This document shows, piece after piece, positions 18,866 through 29,370 of a stretch of DNA of 64,000 nucleotides (position 1 is its first letter; the number at the start of each line of letters is the position of its first letter). Source of the stretch: Rubellimicrobium sp. (GTDB lineage Bacteria; Pseudomonadota; Alphaproteobacteria; Rhodobacterales; Rhodobacteraceae); contig JACFNP010000008.1 of the NCBI GenBank assembly GCA_019454835.1, positions 3,778 to 67,777 of the forward strand, given 5' to 3'. The notes under the pieces were generated by a model. It ran no database searches, was not told the origin of the DNA, and saw nothing but the letters and a program-made list of their open reading frames with translations. The position numbers and the translations under genes were made by a program.

Positions 18866-19848
18866 CGACGACGCAGCGCCTCAGGCCCAGGGCCACGCAG
18901 GAGGGCATCGTCCTTCTGATGGCGCTGCTGCTGTTCGCGGGCTTCACGGTCACGCTCGACGGATTCCTGTCGGCGGCCAACCTGCTGAACATTGTGCGCA
19001 GCGTCTCGGTTCTGGGCGTGCTGGCGGCGGGCATGGCCATCGTGGTCATCGGGCGCGGGATCGACCTGTCGATGATCTCGATCATGGTCGTGACGGTGGC
19101 GATCCAGTTGCAGGTCATGCACGGCGGCTGGTCCACCGGGGCGGCGATGGCGCTGGCGGTCGCCATCGCGCTGGGGCTGGGGGCGATGAACGGCTATATG
19201 GTCGCCTATGCCGGGGTCTCGGCGCTGTTCGCCACGCTGGCCTCGGGGGCCTTCATCTTCGGCTTCGTACGCTCGCAGATCCTGCGGCAGGATTCGATCA
19301 CCCTGCCCGACGACGCGACCACGCTGCTCGCGCTGGGGTCGGCGCGGGTGCTGGGGCTGCCGCTGGACGTGCTGGCCTTCGCCTTCGTGGTGGTGCTTGG
19401 CTGGGCGGCGCTGCGCTGGACGCGGCAGGGGCGGTTTCTCTACCTGATGGGCGACAACTTCCAGGCCGCGCGCACCACGGGGATTCCGGTGCGCCCGCTG
19501 ATCGTGGTCTCGTTCATGGCCTCAGCGGTGCTGGCATGGGCGGCGGGGCTGACCTCGGCGATCAGCCTGCAAAGCGTGAACACCCGCATCGTCAACTCGA
19601 CGCTGCTTTACGACGTGATCCTCGTCGTCGTGATCGGCGGGATCGGACTGTCGGGCGGCAAGGGCGGGATGCGCAACGTCGTGGTGGGCGCGTTTCTCAT
19701 CGGGGTGCTGCTGAACGGCATGACGATCCTGAACCTGCCCAACATCCACCAGAACCTCATCCGTTCGGTGATCCTGCTGGCCGCGATCATTCTCGACGGC
19801 CAGCTCAACCCGCGTGACGAACAGACAAGCCAGCAAGGCGACATCTGA
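18862..19848 (+). CDS. sugar-type (RbsC/AraH-like) ABC transporter permease
   Basis: GTG at 18862 overlaps the qor stop. About 10 hydrophobic helices. The track ORF 18355..19848 carries the same frame. Confidence 0.8.
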   Translation: MTTTQRLRPRATQEGIVLLMALLLFAGFTVTLDGFLSAANLLNIVRSVSVLGVLAAGMAIVVIGRGIDLSMISIMVVTVAIQLQVMHGGWSTGAAMALAVAIALGLGAMNGYMVAYAGVSALFATLASGAFIFGFVRSQILRQDSITLPDDATTLLALGSARVLGLPLDVLAFAFVVVLGWAALRWTRQGRFLYLMGDNFQAARTTGIPVRPLIVVSFMASAVLAWAAGLTSAISLQSVNTRIVNSTLLYDVILVVVIGGIGLSGGKGGMRNVVVGAFLIGVLLNGMTILNLPNIHQNLIRSVILLAAIILDGQLNPRDEQTSQQGDI

Positions 19849-19925
19849 CCGGGGCCGGCATAACGCCGGTCCTTCCGAGAAGCCGCCGCACCCGGACCAG
19901 CGGGTCGGCAAAGAGGAGGAGAGAC

Positions 19926-20966
19926 ATGAAGACATCCATTAAGGCATCCCTCAAGACGGGCCTGCTTGCGGCAGCCTGCACGATGGCGGGCACGCTGGCG
20001 CTGACCGCGCAGGAGGCCGCGTTCGACAACCCCGGCCCCGAAGCCTATGCCAACGCCCTCGAGGGGCGGCGCGTGGTGCTGATCCCGATGACCATGGGCT
20101 TCGACCTTGCCCAGGGCTGGAACTACTTCATCGGCGAGGAAGTGCGCCAGTTCGGCGGCATCTGGGAAACCCGCGACCCGAACTGGAGCGTCGATGCCGG
20201 GGCGCAGGCGATCACCGACCTCATCGCCTCGGCGGACAAGCCCGATGTCATCATCGTGCAGTCGCCCGACCTCAATTCCTATTCGCGGCTTTACCGGCGC
20301 GCGCAGGAGGCGGGGATTTTCGTCATCCAGCTCGACAACCCGTCGAACTATGCGTCCGACGTGTTCGCCGGGTCCAACTGGCAGACCCTGGGCGAACTGG
20401 AGACCCAGGCCGTCATCGACCATTGCGGCGAGGATTCGTCGAAGAAGATCGGCGTCATCCAGGGCGACCAGGTGAATTCGTCCTCGGTCGACCAGTGGGC
20501 GGGCGTGCAGGCGGTGCTCGAACGCAACCCCGGCTGGACGGTCGCGGGCACCGGCGATTCCAACTGGGATCCGACCACCGCGCGCAACGTGGCCGCGACG
20601 ATCCTGCAACAGAACCCCGACATCTGCGGCATCGTCGATTTCTGGGACGCGACCGCCCAGGGCACCGCCGCCGCCGTGCGTGACGCGGGCCTGCAGGACC
20701 AGGTGTTCATCGCCACCACCGGCTCGGGCGAGACCATCGACTGCAAGCTGCTTGAAAACGGCACCTTCGGCGCCGTGGTGATGAGCGAGCTGCCCCGCCA
20801 GTCGCAGGATACCGTGGCCGCGATCAAGCTGCTCTTGCAAAGCGGCGCGGCGCCGGGCGATGCGTCGATGTATCTCTACACCGCCGAGCGGGCGCGCACC
20901 GCCGCCGACCTGACGCCCACGACCTGCTGGGACCAGGCCGCCATCGAGGCCCGCGCGGCCGACTGA
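19926..20966 (+). CDS. periplasmic sugar-type (type I PBP) substrate-binding protein
   Basis: 346 aa with signal peptide and a GAGGAGGAG RBS upstream. Confidence 0.8.
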   Translation: MKTSIKASLKTGLLAAACTMAGTLALTAQEAAFDNPGPEAYANALEGRRVVLIPMTMGFDLAQGWNYFIGEEVRQFGGIWETRDPNWSVDAGAQAITDLIASADKPDVIIVQSPDLNSYSRLYRRAQEAGIFVIQLDNPSNYASDVFAGSNWQTLGELETQAVIDHCGEDSSKKIGVIQGDQVNSSSVDQWAGVQAVLERNPGWTVAGTGDSNWDPTTARNVAATILQQNPDICGIVDFWDATAQGTAAAVRDAGLQDQVFIATTGSGETIDCKLLENGTFGAVVMSELPRQSQDTVAAIKLLLQSGAAPGDASMYLYTAERARTAADLTPTTCWDQAAIEARAAD

Positions 20967-20984
20967 CGACAACGCGAAACGCGA

Positions 20985-21013
20985 CCGGGTCCGGGGTCCG
21001 CCCCCGGACCCGG
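20985..21013 (+). promoter_or_regulatory. intercistronic GC-rich stem-loop (12-bp perfect stem, 5-nt loop)
   Basis: CCGGGTCCGGGG-TCCGC-CCCCGGACCCGG between the binding-protein gene and the next permease gene, with no U-run after it. Confidence 0.5.
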
Positions 21014-21020
21014 CGCCGTC

Positions 21021-23159
21021 ATGGACGGGAACTGCATGACACTTGCCGAACGCCTGACCCGGCTGCGCTACAACCGCGTGCCCGATCACCTGCTGGGCGA
21101 GATTCTCGCCAAGAACTGGACCGACAACCTCGTTCCCTTCGCCTTCCTGATCGTTGTCGTCGCAACCTTCGGCACCCTGCTGCCGGGCTTCTTCTCGACT
21201 GCAAGCGTCATCGACACCACCCGCCAGCTCGGCGAGTTCCTGATCGTCGTCATCGGCCTGACCGTGGTCATCATCGGCGGCGGCATCGACCTCTCGGTGG
21301 GGTCGATCTTCGCGCTGTCGGCGTTCTCGACGCTGATGACGATCTATGTCGGCGGCGCCTCGCCGGGCGTGGCGCTGGCGGCGGCGCTGGGCAGCGGCGC
21401 GCTGTTCGGCGCCTTCAACGGCTTTCTCGTGGGCTACCTGCGCCTGCGCGCCTTCCTGACCACGCTGGTCACGCTCATCATCGGGCGCTCGCTCTACGAC
21501 ATCCTCATCACCACCTGGGGCACCAGGCTCCAGAGTTCGCCGATCTTCAACGACAGCTTCGACGCCATCGGCATGAACAGCGTGGCCGGCCTGCCGATCA
21601 GCGCCTGGATCGCGGTCGCCTTCACCATCCTCGCCCATCTGATGATGAGCAGGTCGCGCATGGGCTGGCATTTCACCGCCGTGGGCGGCGCGCGGCGCTC
21701 GGCCTACAATGTCGGCATCGACGTGCGCCGCGCGGTGTTCCTGACCTATGTGATCTCGGGGGTATCAAGCGGGCTTGCGGGCTATCTTTTCGCCGCGCGC
21801 CTGTCGGGCGTCGGCCCCGGCACCGGCTGGGGGCTGGAACTGTCGGCGCTGACGGCGGCGGTCGTCGGCGGCAACAGCCTGGGCGGCGGGCGCGGCTCGA
21901 TCCCCAAGGGGCTGATGGGCGCGCTGGCGGTGCTGCTGACCACCAACGGCCTGATCCGCATGGGCGCGGGCACCGGCACCAGCCAGATGGTCGTCGGCCT
22001 GATGCTGGCGGCGGCGATCATCCTTGACGTGCGCTGGCTGAAGAACCGCCACAAGGTGCTGTCCGAAGTCTATGTCGCGCCGCTGCACCACGCGATGCAG
22101 CCCGCCGTGTCGGCACAGCCCGGATCGGGCACGTCCTACGCGCTGAACGACGCGCTCGCCTCGGCCGAACCCATCGCGCTGGGCACGGTCGAAGGCCCCG
22201 AGGACGTGATCCTCGATGCCGACGACAACCTTTACGCAGGCACCCGCCACGGCGAGATCGTGCGCTGGTTCGCCCCCGACTACACCCGCTCGGAGGTCTT
22301 TTCGCATATCGGCGGCTTCCCGCTGGGGCTGGCGATGGACCGCGCCGGGCAAATCGTCACCTGCGTGGGGGCGATGGGGCTGTATGGCGTCTCGAAGGCC
22401 GGAGAGGTGACCGAGCTTGCCACCGAGACCCGCCGCTCGCTGCTGTCGGTCGTGGACGACGCGCGGCTGCGCGACCCCAACGACTGCGACATCGGCCCCG
22501 ACGGGCGCATCTGGTTCACCGATTCCACCACGCGCTACGACGCCCACGACTGGGCGCTCGATTCCATCGAGAGCCGCCCGACCGGGCGCCTGCTGGTCCA
22601 TGACCCGAAAACCGGCAAGACCCGCACCGTGCTGAAGAAGCTGCGCTACGCCAACGGCGTCTGCCTGTCGCATGACGGCCAGTCGCTGCTGATCGCCGAA
22701 AGCTGGGCCTGCACCGTGCACCGCTACTGGATCGCGGGGCCGAAGGAAGGGCAGCTTGAAACCGTGATCCGCGACATGCCGGGTTATCCCGACAACATCA
22801 ACCGGGCTTCGGACGGCACCTACTGGATGGCCTGGCTGGGGATGCGCACCCCGAGCTTCGATCTGGCGCTGCGCCATCCGGCGATGCGGCGGCGCATGAC
22901 CCGCAACCTGCCGCAGGACGAATGGCTGTTCCCGAACATCAACACCGGCGGCGTGGTGAAGTTCGACGACACCGGGCGGATCATCGCCACGATGGGCGAT
23001 CTGGGCGGCGCCGCGCATCCGATGGTAACCTCGATCCGCGAGCACAAGGGCTGGCTTTATATCGGCGGCATCCTCAACAACCGCATCGGCCGCATCCGCC
23101 TGCCCGGCGCCGATCCCGACTGGACGAGCTGGGAGTCCTACTGGGGGGCGCGGCCATGA
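21021..23159 (+). CDS. fusion protein: ABC transporter permease (N-terminal ~340 aa) + strictosidine-synthase-like/SMP-30-type beta-propeller (C-terminal ~350 aa)
   Basis: Uninterrupted 712-aa ORF. The C-terminal half carries TGRLLVHDPKTGKTRTVLKKLRYANGVCLSHDG...YWIAGPKEG...MPGYPDNINRASDGTYWMA, typical of Str_synth-like domains. Confidence 0.8.
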   Translation: MDGNCMTLAERLTRLRYNRVPDHLLGEILAKNWTDNLVPFAFLIVVVATFGTLLPGFFSTASVIDTTRQLGEFLIVVIGLTVVIIGGGIDLSVGSIFALSAFSTLMTIYVGGASPGVALAAALGSGALFGAFNGFLVGYLRLRAFLTTLVTLIIGRSLYDILITTWGTRLQSSPIFNDSFDAIGMNSVAGLPISAWIAVAFTILAHLMMSRSRMGWHFTAVGGARRSAYNVGIDVRRAVFLTYVISGVSSGLAGYLFAARLSGVGPGTGWGLELSALTAAVVGGNSLGGGRGSIPKGLMGALAVLLTTNGLIRMGAGTGTSQMVVGLMLAAAIILDVRWLKNRHKVLSEVYVAPLHHAMQPAVSAQPGSGTSYALNDALASAEPIALGTVEGPEDVILDADDNLYAGTRHGEIVRWFAPDYTRSEVFSHIGGFPLGLAMDRAGQIVTCVGAMGLYGVSKAGEVTELATETRRSLLSVVDDARLRDPNDCDIGPDGRIWFTDSTTRYDAHDWALDSIESRPTGRLLVHDPKTGKTRTVLKKLRYANGVCLSHDGQSLLIAESWACTVHRYWIAGPKEGQLETVIRDMPGYPDNINRASDGTYWMAWLGMRTPSFDLALRHPAMRRRMTRNLPQDEWLFPNINTGGVVKFDDTGRIIATMGDLGGAAHPMVTSIREHKGWLYIGGILNNRIGRIRLPGADPDWTSWESYWGARP

Positions 23160-24211
23160 ACCTGCTCGACCGCATCCTCGACCCGTTCCGGGGCCGGGCG
23201 ATCACGATCCCGCCCTATGACGGCGCGTGGCGACCGAACACCGCGCTGGACACGGCCCGCCCGGTGGCCGCGCTGCCCGGCGCCGACAACCTGTGCGCGG
23301 ACGGCGCCGGGGTGGTCTGGCTGTCCGCCGGGCCGGAGCTGCTGCGGCTGGAAGGCGACGCGCCGGTGGCGGTGGCGCGCTACGGCGCCGAAATCACCGC
23401 GCTTTGCGCCGGGGCAGACGGCGCGCTGCTGGTGGCGCTGGACGACGGCGGGCTGTTCCTGCGGCGCGGCGACGCGCAGGAGGATGTGCGCGGGCTGCTG
23501 CCGCGCCGCGTGTCGGTGACGGCGGCGATGGCCGATGGCGCGGGCTTCCTGCTGGCCGAAGGCTCCGCCAGCCACGCGGCGAGCGACTGGCCGCGGGCGC
23601 TGATGGCCAGGGCTGGCGACGGCGCGCTGTGGCACATCGACCCCGGCGCCGGGCGGGCGGAACGGGTCGCGGGCGGCCTTGCCTTTCCCGCCGGGCTGGC
23701 CCGCACGGCACAGGGCGCGCCGGTGGTGGCCGAAGCCTTTGCCCACCGCATCGCCACGCCGGACGGCAGCCGCCCGCTGCTGGAGCGCATCCCCGGCTAT
23801 CCGGGCCGCCTGTCGCCCGCGGCGGGCGACGGCTGGTGGCTGGCGGTCTTTGCGCCGCGCAACCGGCTGATCGAACTGGTGCTGCGAGAGGACCGCTACC
23901 GGGCCGACATGGTGGCGCAGGTGCCACCCGAATACTGGATCGCCCCGGCGCTGCATTCGGGGGCGAGCTTCCTTGAGCCGCTGCAACGCGGCGGCGTGCG
24001 CACGATGGGGGTGCGCAAGCCATGGGCGCCGTCGCGGTCCTACGGGCTGGTCGCGCTTCTCGACGCCGGTTTGCGCCCGCAGGCAAGTTTCCACTCGCGC
24101 GCCGACGGACAGCGCCACGGGGCGACCGCCGTGCTGGACCACGCAGGCCGCCGCCTGATTGCGCTGAAGGGCGCGGGCGAGGTGATCGAGTTGACCGGAG
24201 ACCTGCCATGA
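23156..24211 (+). CDS. stand-alone paralog of the SSL beta-propeller domain (hypothetical enzyme)
   Basis: ATGA overlap with the previous gene. IPGYPGRLSPAAGDGWWLAVFAPRNRLIELVL parallels MPGYPDNINRASDGTYWMAWLGMRTPSFDLAL in the fusion protein. Confidence 0.55.
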   Translation: MNLLDRILDPFRGRAITIPPYDGAWRPNTALDTARPVAALPGADNLCADGAGVVWLSAGPELLRLEGDAPVAVARYGAEITALCAGADGALLVALDDGGLFLRRGDAQEDVRGLLPRRVSVTAAMADGAGFLLAEGSASHAASDWPRALMARAGDGALWHIDPGAGRAERVAGGLAFPAGLARTAQGAPVVAEAFAHRIATPDGSRPLLERIPGYPGRLSPAAGDGWWLAVFAPRNRLIELVLREDRYRADMVAQVPPEYWIAPALHSGASFLEPLQRGGVRTMGVRKPWAPSRSYGLVALLDAGLRPQASFHSRADGQRHGATAVLDHAGRRLIALKGAGEVIELTGDLP

Positions 24212-25695
24212 CCGCGCTTCTGCAGGCCCGTGGCCTGACCAAGACCTTCCACGGCAACATCGCGGTGTCGGCGGTCGATTTCGATCTGACCGAGGGCGAG
24301 GTCCACGCGCTGCTCGGTGAAAACGGCGCGGGCAAGTCGACCTTCAGCAAGCTCTTGGCCGGAGTCTACCCGCCCGACGCGGGCACGATCACGCTGGCGG
24401 GCGCGCCCTTCGCCCCCGCTGGCCCCGCCGACGCTTTGCGCCACGGCATCGCCATGGTCTATCAGGAGACCAGCCTCGTTCCCTCGATGACCGTGGCGCA
24501 GAACCTGTTTCTGGGCAGCGAACGCGCCTTCAACCGCCTGCGCGGCATCACCATCGCCGCGCAGCAGTTCCTGCAATCGCTGAACTTCACCGTCGATCCC
24601 ACCGCACAGGTGGCCAGCCTTGGTGCCGCGAAACGCCAGATGGTCGAGATCGCCCGCGCGGTGCGGCTGAACGCCCGCGTCATCATCTTCGACGAACCGA
24701 CCGCGACCCTGACCCCGGAAGAACGCCGCCATTTCTTTGCCCTCATCAACCGGCTGCGCAGGCGCGGCGTGGCGATCATCTTCATCACCCACGCGCTGGA
24801 GGAAGCGTTGCAGATGGCCGACCGCATCACGGTGATGCGCGACGGCGCCCGCGTGCTGTGTGCGCCCGCCGCCGAACTGACCCAGGCCGACATCGTGCAC
24901 GCCATGGTCGGGCGCGAACTGGCCATCGAGACCGTCTCGCGCGACGGCCACCGGCCCGCCGGGGCGCAGGTGCTGTCGGTCGAGGATGTCTCGATGGGCG
25001 CGCTGGTGCGCAATACCTCGTTCTCGGTCTTTGCCGGGCAGGTGACGGGGATCTTCGGCCTTGTCGGATCAGGCCGGACCGAGACCGCCAAGATCATCGC
25101 GGGCGTGCTGAAGCGCGACTTCCTGCGCGGCGGCGCCATCGAATACGAAGGCCGCCCGGTGCGCTATGCCACCCCCGGCCCCGCCGTGGCCGATGGCATC
25201 GTCTATGTGACCGAGGACCGCAAGCTCGAGGGTTTCTTCGAGAACATGTCGATTGCCGAGAACCTGCACGCCGGGCGGCTGAGCGTGGCGGGGGGCCGGT
25301 CGCCCTTCGTGTCGATGGCCGAGATGCGTGCGCTGGCGGCGGAATGGACCGAAAGGCTGTCGATCCGCGCGGGCAGCCCGGATGCGCGGCTGGTGGAACT
25401 GTCGGGCGGCAACCAGCAGAAGGTCGTCATCGGCAAGGCGCTGATCCAGAAGCCGCGCCTCATCATCTTTGACGAACCCACGCGCGGCGTCGATGTCGGC
25501 GCGGTGGCCGAGATTCACGCGCTGATCGAACACCTGGCCGACGACGGCATGGCGGTCATGGTGATCTCGTCCTACCTGCCGGAAATCCGCGCGCTGTCGG
25601 ACCGCATCCTCGTCTATCGCCAGGGCCGCGTGGTCGAGGAATTCTCGCCCGCCGACGCGACCGACGAAGGCATCATGTATGCGGCGGTGCACTGA
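24208..25695 (+). CDS. sugar ABC transporter ATP-binding protein (duplicated ABC cassette)
   Basis: Walker A GENGAGKST, second cassette GLVGSGRTE, signature LSGGNQQK. ATGA overlap upstream. Confidence 0.9.
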   Translation: MTALLQARGLTKTFHGNIAVSAVDFDLTEGEVHALLGENGAGKSTFSKLLAGVYPPDAGTITLAGAPFAPAGPADALRHGIAMVYQETSLVPSMTVAQNLFLGSERAFNRLRGITIAAQQFLQSLNFTVDPTAQVASLGAAKRQMVEIARAVRLNARVIIFDEPTATLTPEERRHFFALINRLRRRGVAIIFITHALEEALQMADRITVMRDGARVLCAPAAELTQADIVHAMVGRELAIETVSRDGHRPAGAQVLSVEDVSMGALVRNTSFSVFAGQVTGIFGLVGSGRTETAKIIAGVLKRDFLRGGAIEYEGRPVRYATPGPAVADGIVYVTEDRKLEGFFENMSIAENLHAGRLSVAGGRSPFVSMAEMRALAAEWTERLSIRAGSPDARLVELSGGNQQKVVIGKALIQKPRLIIFDEPTRGVDVGAVAEIHALIEHLADDGMAVMVISSYLPEIRALSDRILVYRQGRVVEEFSPADATDEGIMYAAVH

Positions 25696-25745
25696 CGGGG
25701 CAGCGACCGGGACAATCGGGCGAGCCGCAAAGCCCGTCATTTTCC

Positions 25746-25831
25746 GTCATTGCGAGGAGGCAAAGCCGACGAAGCAACCCCGATGTCATGTCTGAGCGGT
25801 CGGGGTTGCTTCGGCTTCGCCTCGCAATGAT
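25746..25831 (-). repeat. element copy 8 (A loop, R)
   Basis: Ends CTCGCAATGAT, 6 nt from the dppF-like stop. A partial extra terminus CGTCATT lies at 25735-25741. Confidence 0.9.
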
Positions 25832-25837
25832 GGCGGC

Positions 25838-26553
<716 letters not shown>

Positions 26554-26569
<16 letters not shown>

Positions 26570-27390
26570 GCCGGATCGCGGTTCAGCACCGGCAGCCGCG
26601 CGGCGGTGCCGTCGATATCGGGCAGGCAGGCCAGCAGGCCGCGCGTGTAGGGATGCACGGCCCCGGCCAGATTCGCCGCCGGAAGGGTTTCGACGATCCG
26701 CCCCGAATACATGATGACGACCCGGTCGCAGAAGCGGCTGACGAGGTGCAGGTCATGGCTGATGAGAACAAGGCCCATGCCCCGGCTGCGCACCGCATCG
26801 TCGAGAATCGACATCACCTGTTCCTGCACCGTGACATCCAGCGCCGAAGTCGGTTCGTCCGCGATCAGCAGGTCGGGCTGGCGCACCACCATCATGGCGA
26901 TCATCACCCTTTGCCCCATGCCGCCCGACAGTTCGTGCGGATAGAGGTCGAACACGCGGTCGGGCGCGCGGATATGGACCGCCTCGAGCGTTTCCAGCGC
27001 CCGCGCCCGCGCCGCCGCGCGCGACAGGCTGCGGTCACCGATGCGGATGCTTTCCACGATCTGCGCCCCCACCCGCATCACCGGGTTGAGCGAGAATTTC
27101 GGGTCCTGAAGGATCATGCCCATCCGCCCGCCGCGCAGCCTGCGGCGCTGGCGCGGGCCGGCGCGGGTCAGGTCGATGCCGTCGAACTCCATCCGGTCCA
27201 CGTCCAGCCGCGCATGTTCCGGCAGCACCCCCATCAGCGCGCGGCCGGTCAGGCTCTTGCCGGAACCGCTTTCGCCGACGATCCCCAGCCTCTCGCGGCC
27301 CAGCGACAGCGACACCCCGCGCACCGCCTGCACCGGGCCCGTGTCCGAGGGGAAGGTGATGCGGAGGTTCTCGATTTCGACCAGGCTCAT
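26554..27390 (-). CDS. peptide/nickel ABC transporter ATP-binding protein (DppD/OppD-like)
   Basis: Start MSLVEIENL at 27390 inside the longer track ORF. Walker A GESGSGKSL and signature LSGGMGQRV. Confidence 0.85.
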
Positions 27391-28277
27391 CGGCGTTGCC
27401 TCAGATGCGGGTCGAGCAGGTCGCGCAGGGCGTCGCCCAGCAGGTTGAAGCCGAGGCTGACGATGAAGATCGCAAAGCCCGGCGCGGTGGCGATCCACCA
27501 CTGGTCGAAGATGAACTTGCGCCCGGTCGAGATCATCGCCCCCCATTCGGGCAGCGGCGGCTGCGCGCCGAGACCGATGAAGCCCAGGCCCGCCGCCGTC
27601 AGGATGATGCCCGCCATGTCGAAGGTCATGCGCACGATGACCGAACTCATGCACATCGGCACGATATGCAGCACCATGATGCGCCACTCGGACGCGCCCG
27701 CCAGCCGCACGGCATTGACATAATCGGCGTTGCGGATCAGCAGGGTCTCGGCGCGGGCAAGCCGCGCATAGGGCGGCCAGGCGGTCAGCGTGATCGCCAG
27801 CGCCGCGTTGACGATGCCGGGGCCAAGCGCGGCGACGAAGGCCAGCGCCAGCAGCAGCTTGGGGATGGCAAGGAACACATCCGTCACCCGCATGAAGATG
27901 CGGTCGATCCAGCCGCCGTAATTGCCCGCCACCACGCCGACGATCAGCCCGATGGGCGCCGAGGTCACCACCACCAGCGCCACGATCAGCAGCGTCAGCC
28001 GCGAGCCGTAGATGATGCGCGAATAGATGTCGCGGCCCAGCTCGTCCGCGCCCAGCCAGTAGGCCGCCGAGGGCGCCGACAGCCGGTCGGGCAGCGAGGT
28101 CTGGTAGGGGTTGTGCGTCGCCAGCCACGGTGCGAACAGCGCGCACAGCAGCAGCGCCACGATGATGAGCAGCCCGATGACGCCCAGCGGGTTGCGCAGG
28201 AACCGGCGCGCGAAGCTGCGCCATTCGCGCAGCCGCGCCGAACGCAGGTCCGGGGCAACGGCAGGTGTCGCGGTCAT
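27387..28277 (-). CDS. peptide ABC transporter permease (DppC-like)
   Basis: Start MTATPAVAP at 28277. ATGA overlaps at both ends. Confidence 0.85.
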   Translation of the reverse strand: MTATPAVAPDLRSARLREWRSFARRFLRNPLGVIGLLIIVALLLCALFAPWLATHNPYQTSLPDRLSAPSAAYWLGADELGRDIYSRIIYGSRLTLLIVALVVVTSAPIGLIVGVVAGNYGGWIDRIFMRVTDVFLAIPKLLLALAFVAALGPGIVNAALAITLTAWPPYARLARAETLLIRNADYVNAVRLAGASEWRIMVLHIVPMCMSSVIVRMTFDMAGIILTAAGLGFIGLGAQPPLPEWGAMISTGRKFIFDQWWIATAPGFAIFIVSLGFNLLGDALRDLLDPHLRQRR

Positions 28278-29308
28278 GCGCCGAACCCCCTGGAACGCGG
28301 GTCGAGCACCCGGTAGAGCACATCGGAGAAGGTATTGAGCAGCACGAACACCGTGCCGACCAGAATCGTGCCGCCCAGAACGGCGTTCATGTCGCCCGCC
28401 AGCAGCGACGAGAAGATGTAGTTGCCGATGCCGGGCCACGAGAAGATCGTCTCGATCAGCACCGAGCCTTCGAGCAACCCGCCGTAGCTGAGCGCGATCA
28501 CGGTGATGAGCTGGATGCCCGCGTTGCGCAGCGCATGGTTCATCACCACCGAGAACTCGGACGCGCCCTTCAGCCGGGCGGTGAGGATGTATTCCTGGCC
28601 AAGCTGCTCGAGCATGACCGAGCGCGTCATGCGCGAGATATAGGCAAGGCTGTAGTAGCCCAGCAGCAACGCGGGCAGCGTCATGTGGCTGACGGCATTG
28701 CGGAACACCTGCATGTCGCCCGCCAGCAGGCTGTCGATCAGGATCGCGCCGGTCACGTTCGGCACGACGCCCTGGAAGAACACGTCGACCCGCCCCGGCC
28801 CCGAGACCCAGTTCAGCTTGTAGTAGAACACGAACAGCGCCACGAGGCCGAGCCAGAAGATCGGCACCGAATAGCCCACCAGCCCGACGACGCGCAGCAC
28901 ATGGTCGGGCCATTTCTCGCGCCAGTAGGCGGCGGCCACACCCATCGGCACGCCGAGGACGATGCCGATCAGCACGCCGATGGTGGCCAGTTCCAGCGTG
29001 GCCGGGAAGAAATCCAGCAGGTCGGTCCAGACCGGCCGCGCCGTCGAGAACGAGATGCCGAAATCGCCGCGCAACAGGCTGGTGACATAGTTCCAGAACT
29101 GCACGACCAGCGGCTTGTCGAGGCCCAATTCCAGAAAGACCCGGTCATAGACCTCTTGCGAGGCCTTGTCGCCGACGATCTTCAGCACCGGGTCGATGGG
29201 CACGACCCGGCCGATGAAGAAGGTCAGCATCGCCAGCCCCAGCAGGGTGACGGCGGTACTTGACACAAAGGTGGCGACGCCACCCAGCCTTTGCCGCAGG
29301 GATGTCAC
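28274..29308 (-). CDS. peptide ABC transporter permease (DppB-like)
   Basis: 344-aa ORF with a typical BPD-transport permease profile. Confidence 0.85.
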   Translation of the reverse strand: MTSLRQRLGGVATFVSSTAVTLLGLAMLTFFIGRVVPIDPVLKIVGDKASQEVYDRVFLELGLDKPLVVQFWNYVTSLLRGDFGISFSTARPVWTDLLDFFPATLELATIGVLIGIVLGVPMGVAAAYWREKWPDHVLRVVGLVGYSVPIFWLGLVALFVFYYKLNWVSGPGRVDVFFQGVVPNVTGAILIDSLLAGDMQVFRNAVSHMTLPALLLGYYSLAYISRMTRSVMLEQLGQEYILTARLKGASEFSVVMNHALRNAGIQLITVIALSYGGLLEGSVLIETIFSWPGIGNYIFSSLLAGDMNAVLGGTILVGTVFVLLNTFSDVLYRVLDPRSRGFGA

Positions 29309-29370
29309 TTGTCTCGGTCACCCGTCCTTGGGTGGCGGACCGGCATCCCGGCCCGCCTGCAGGTCGCGCG

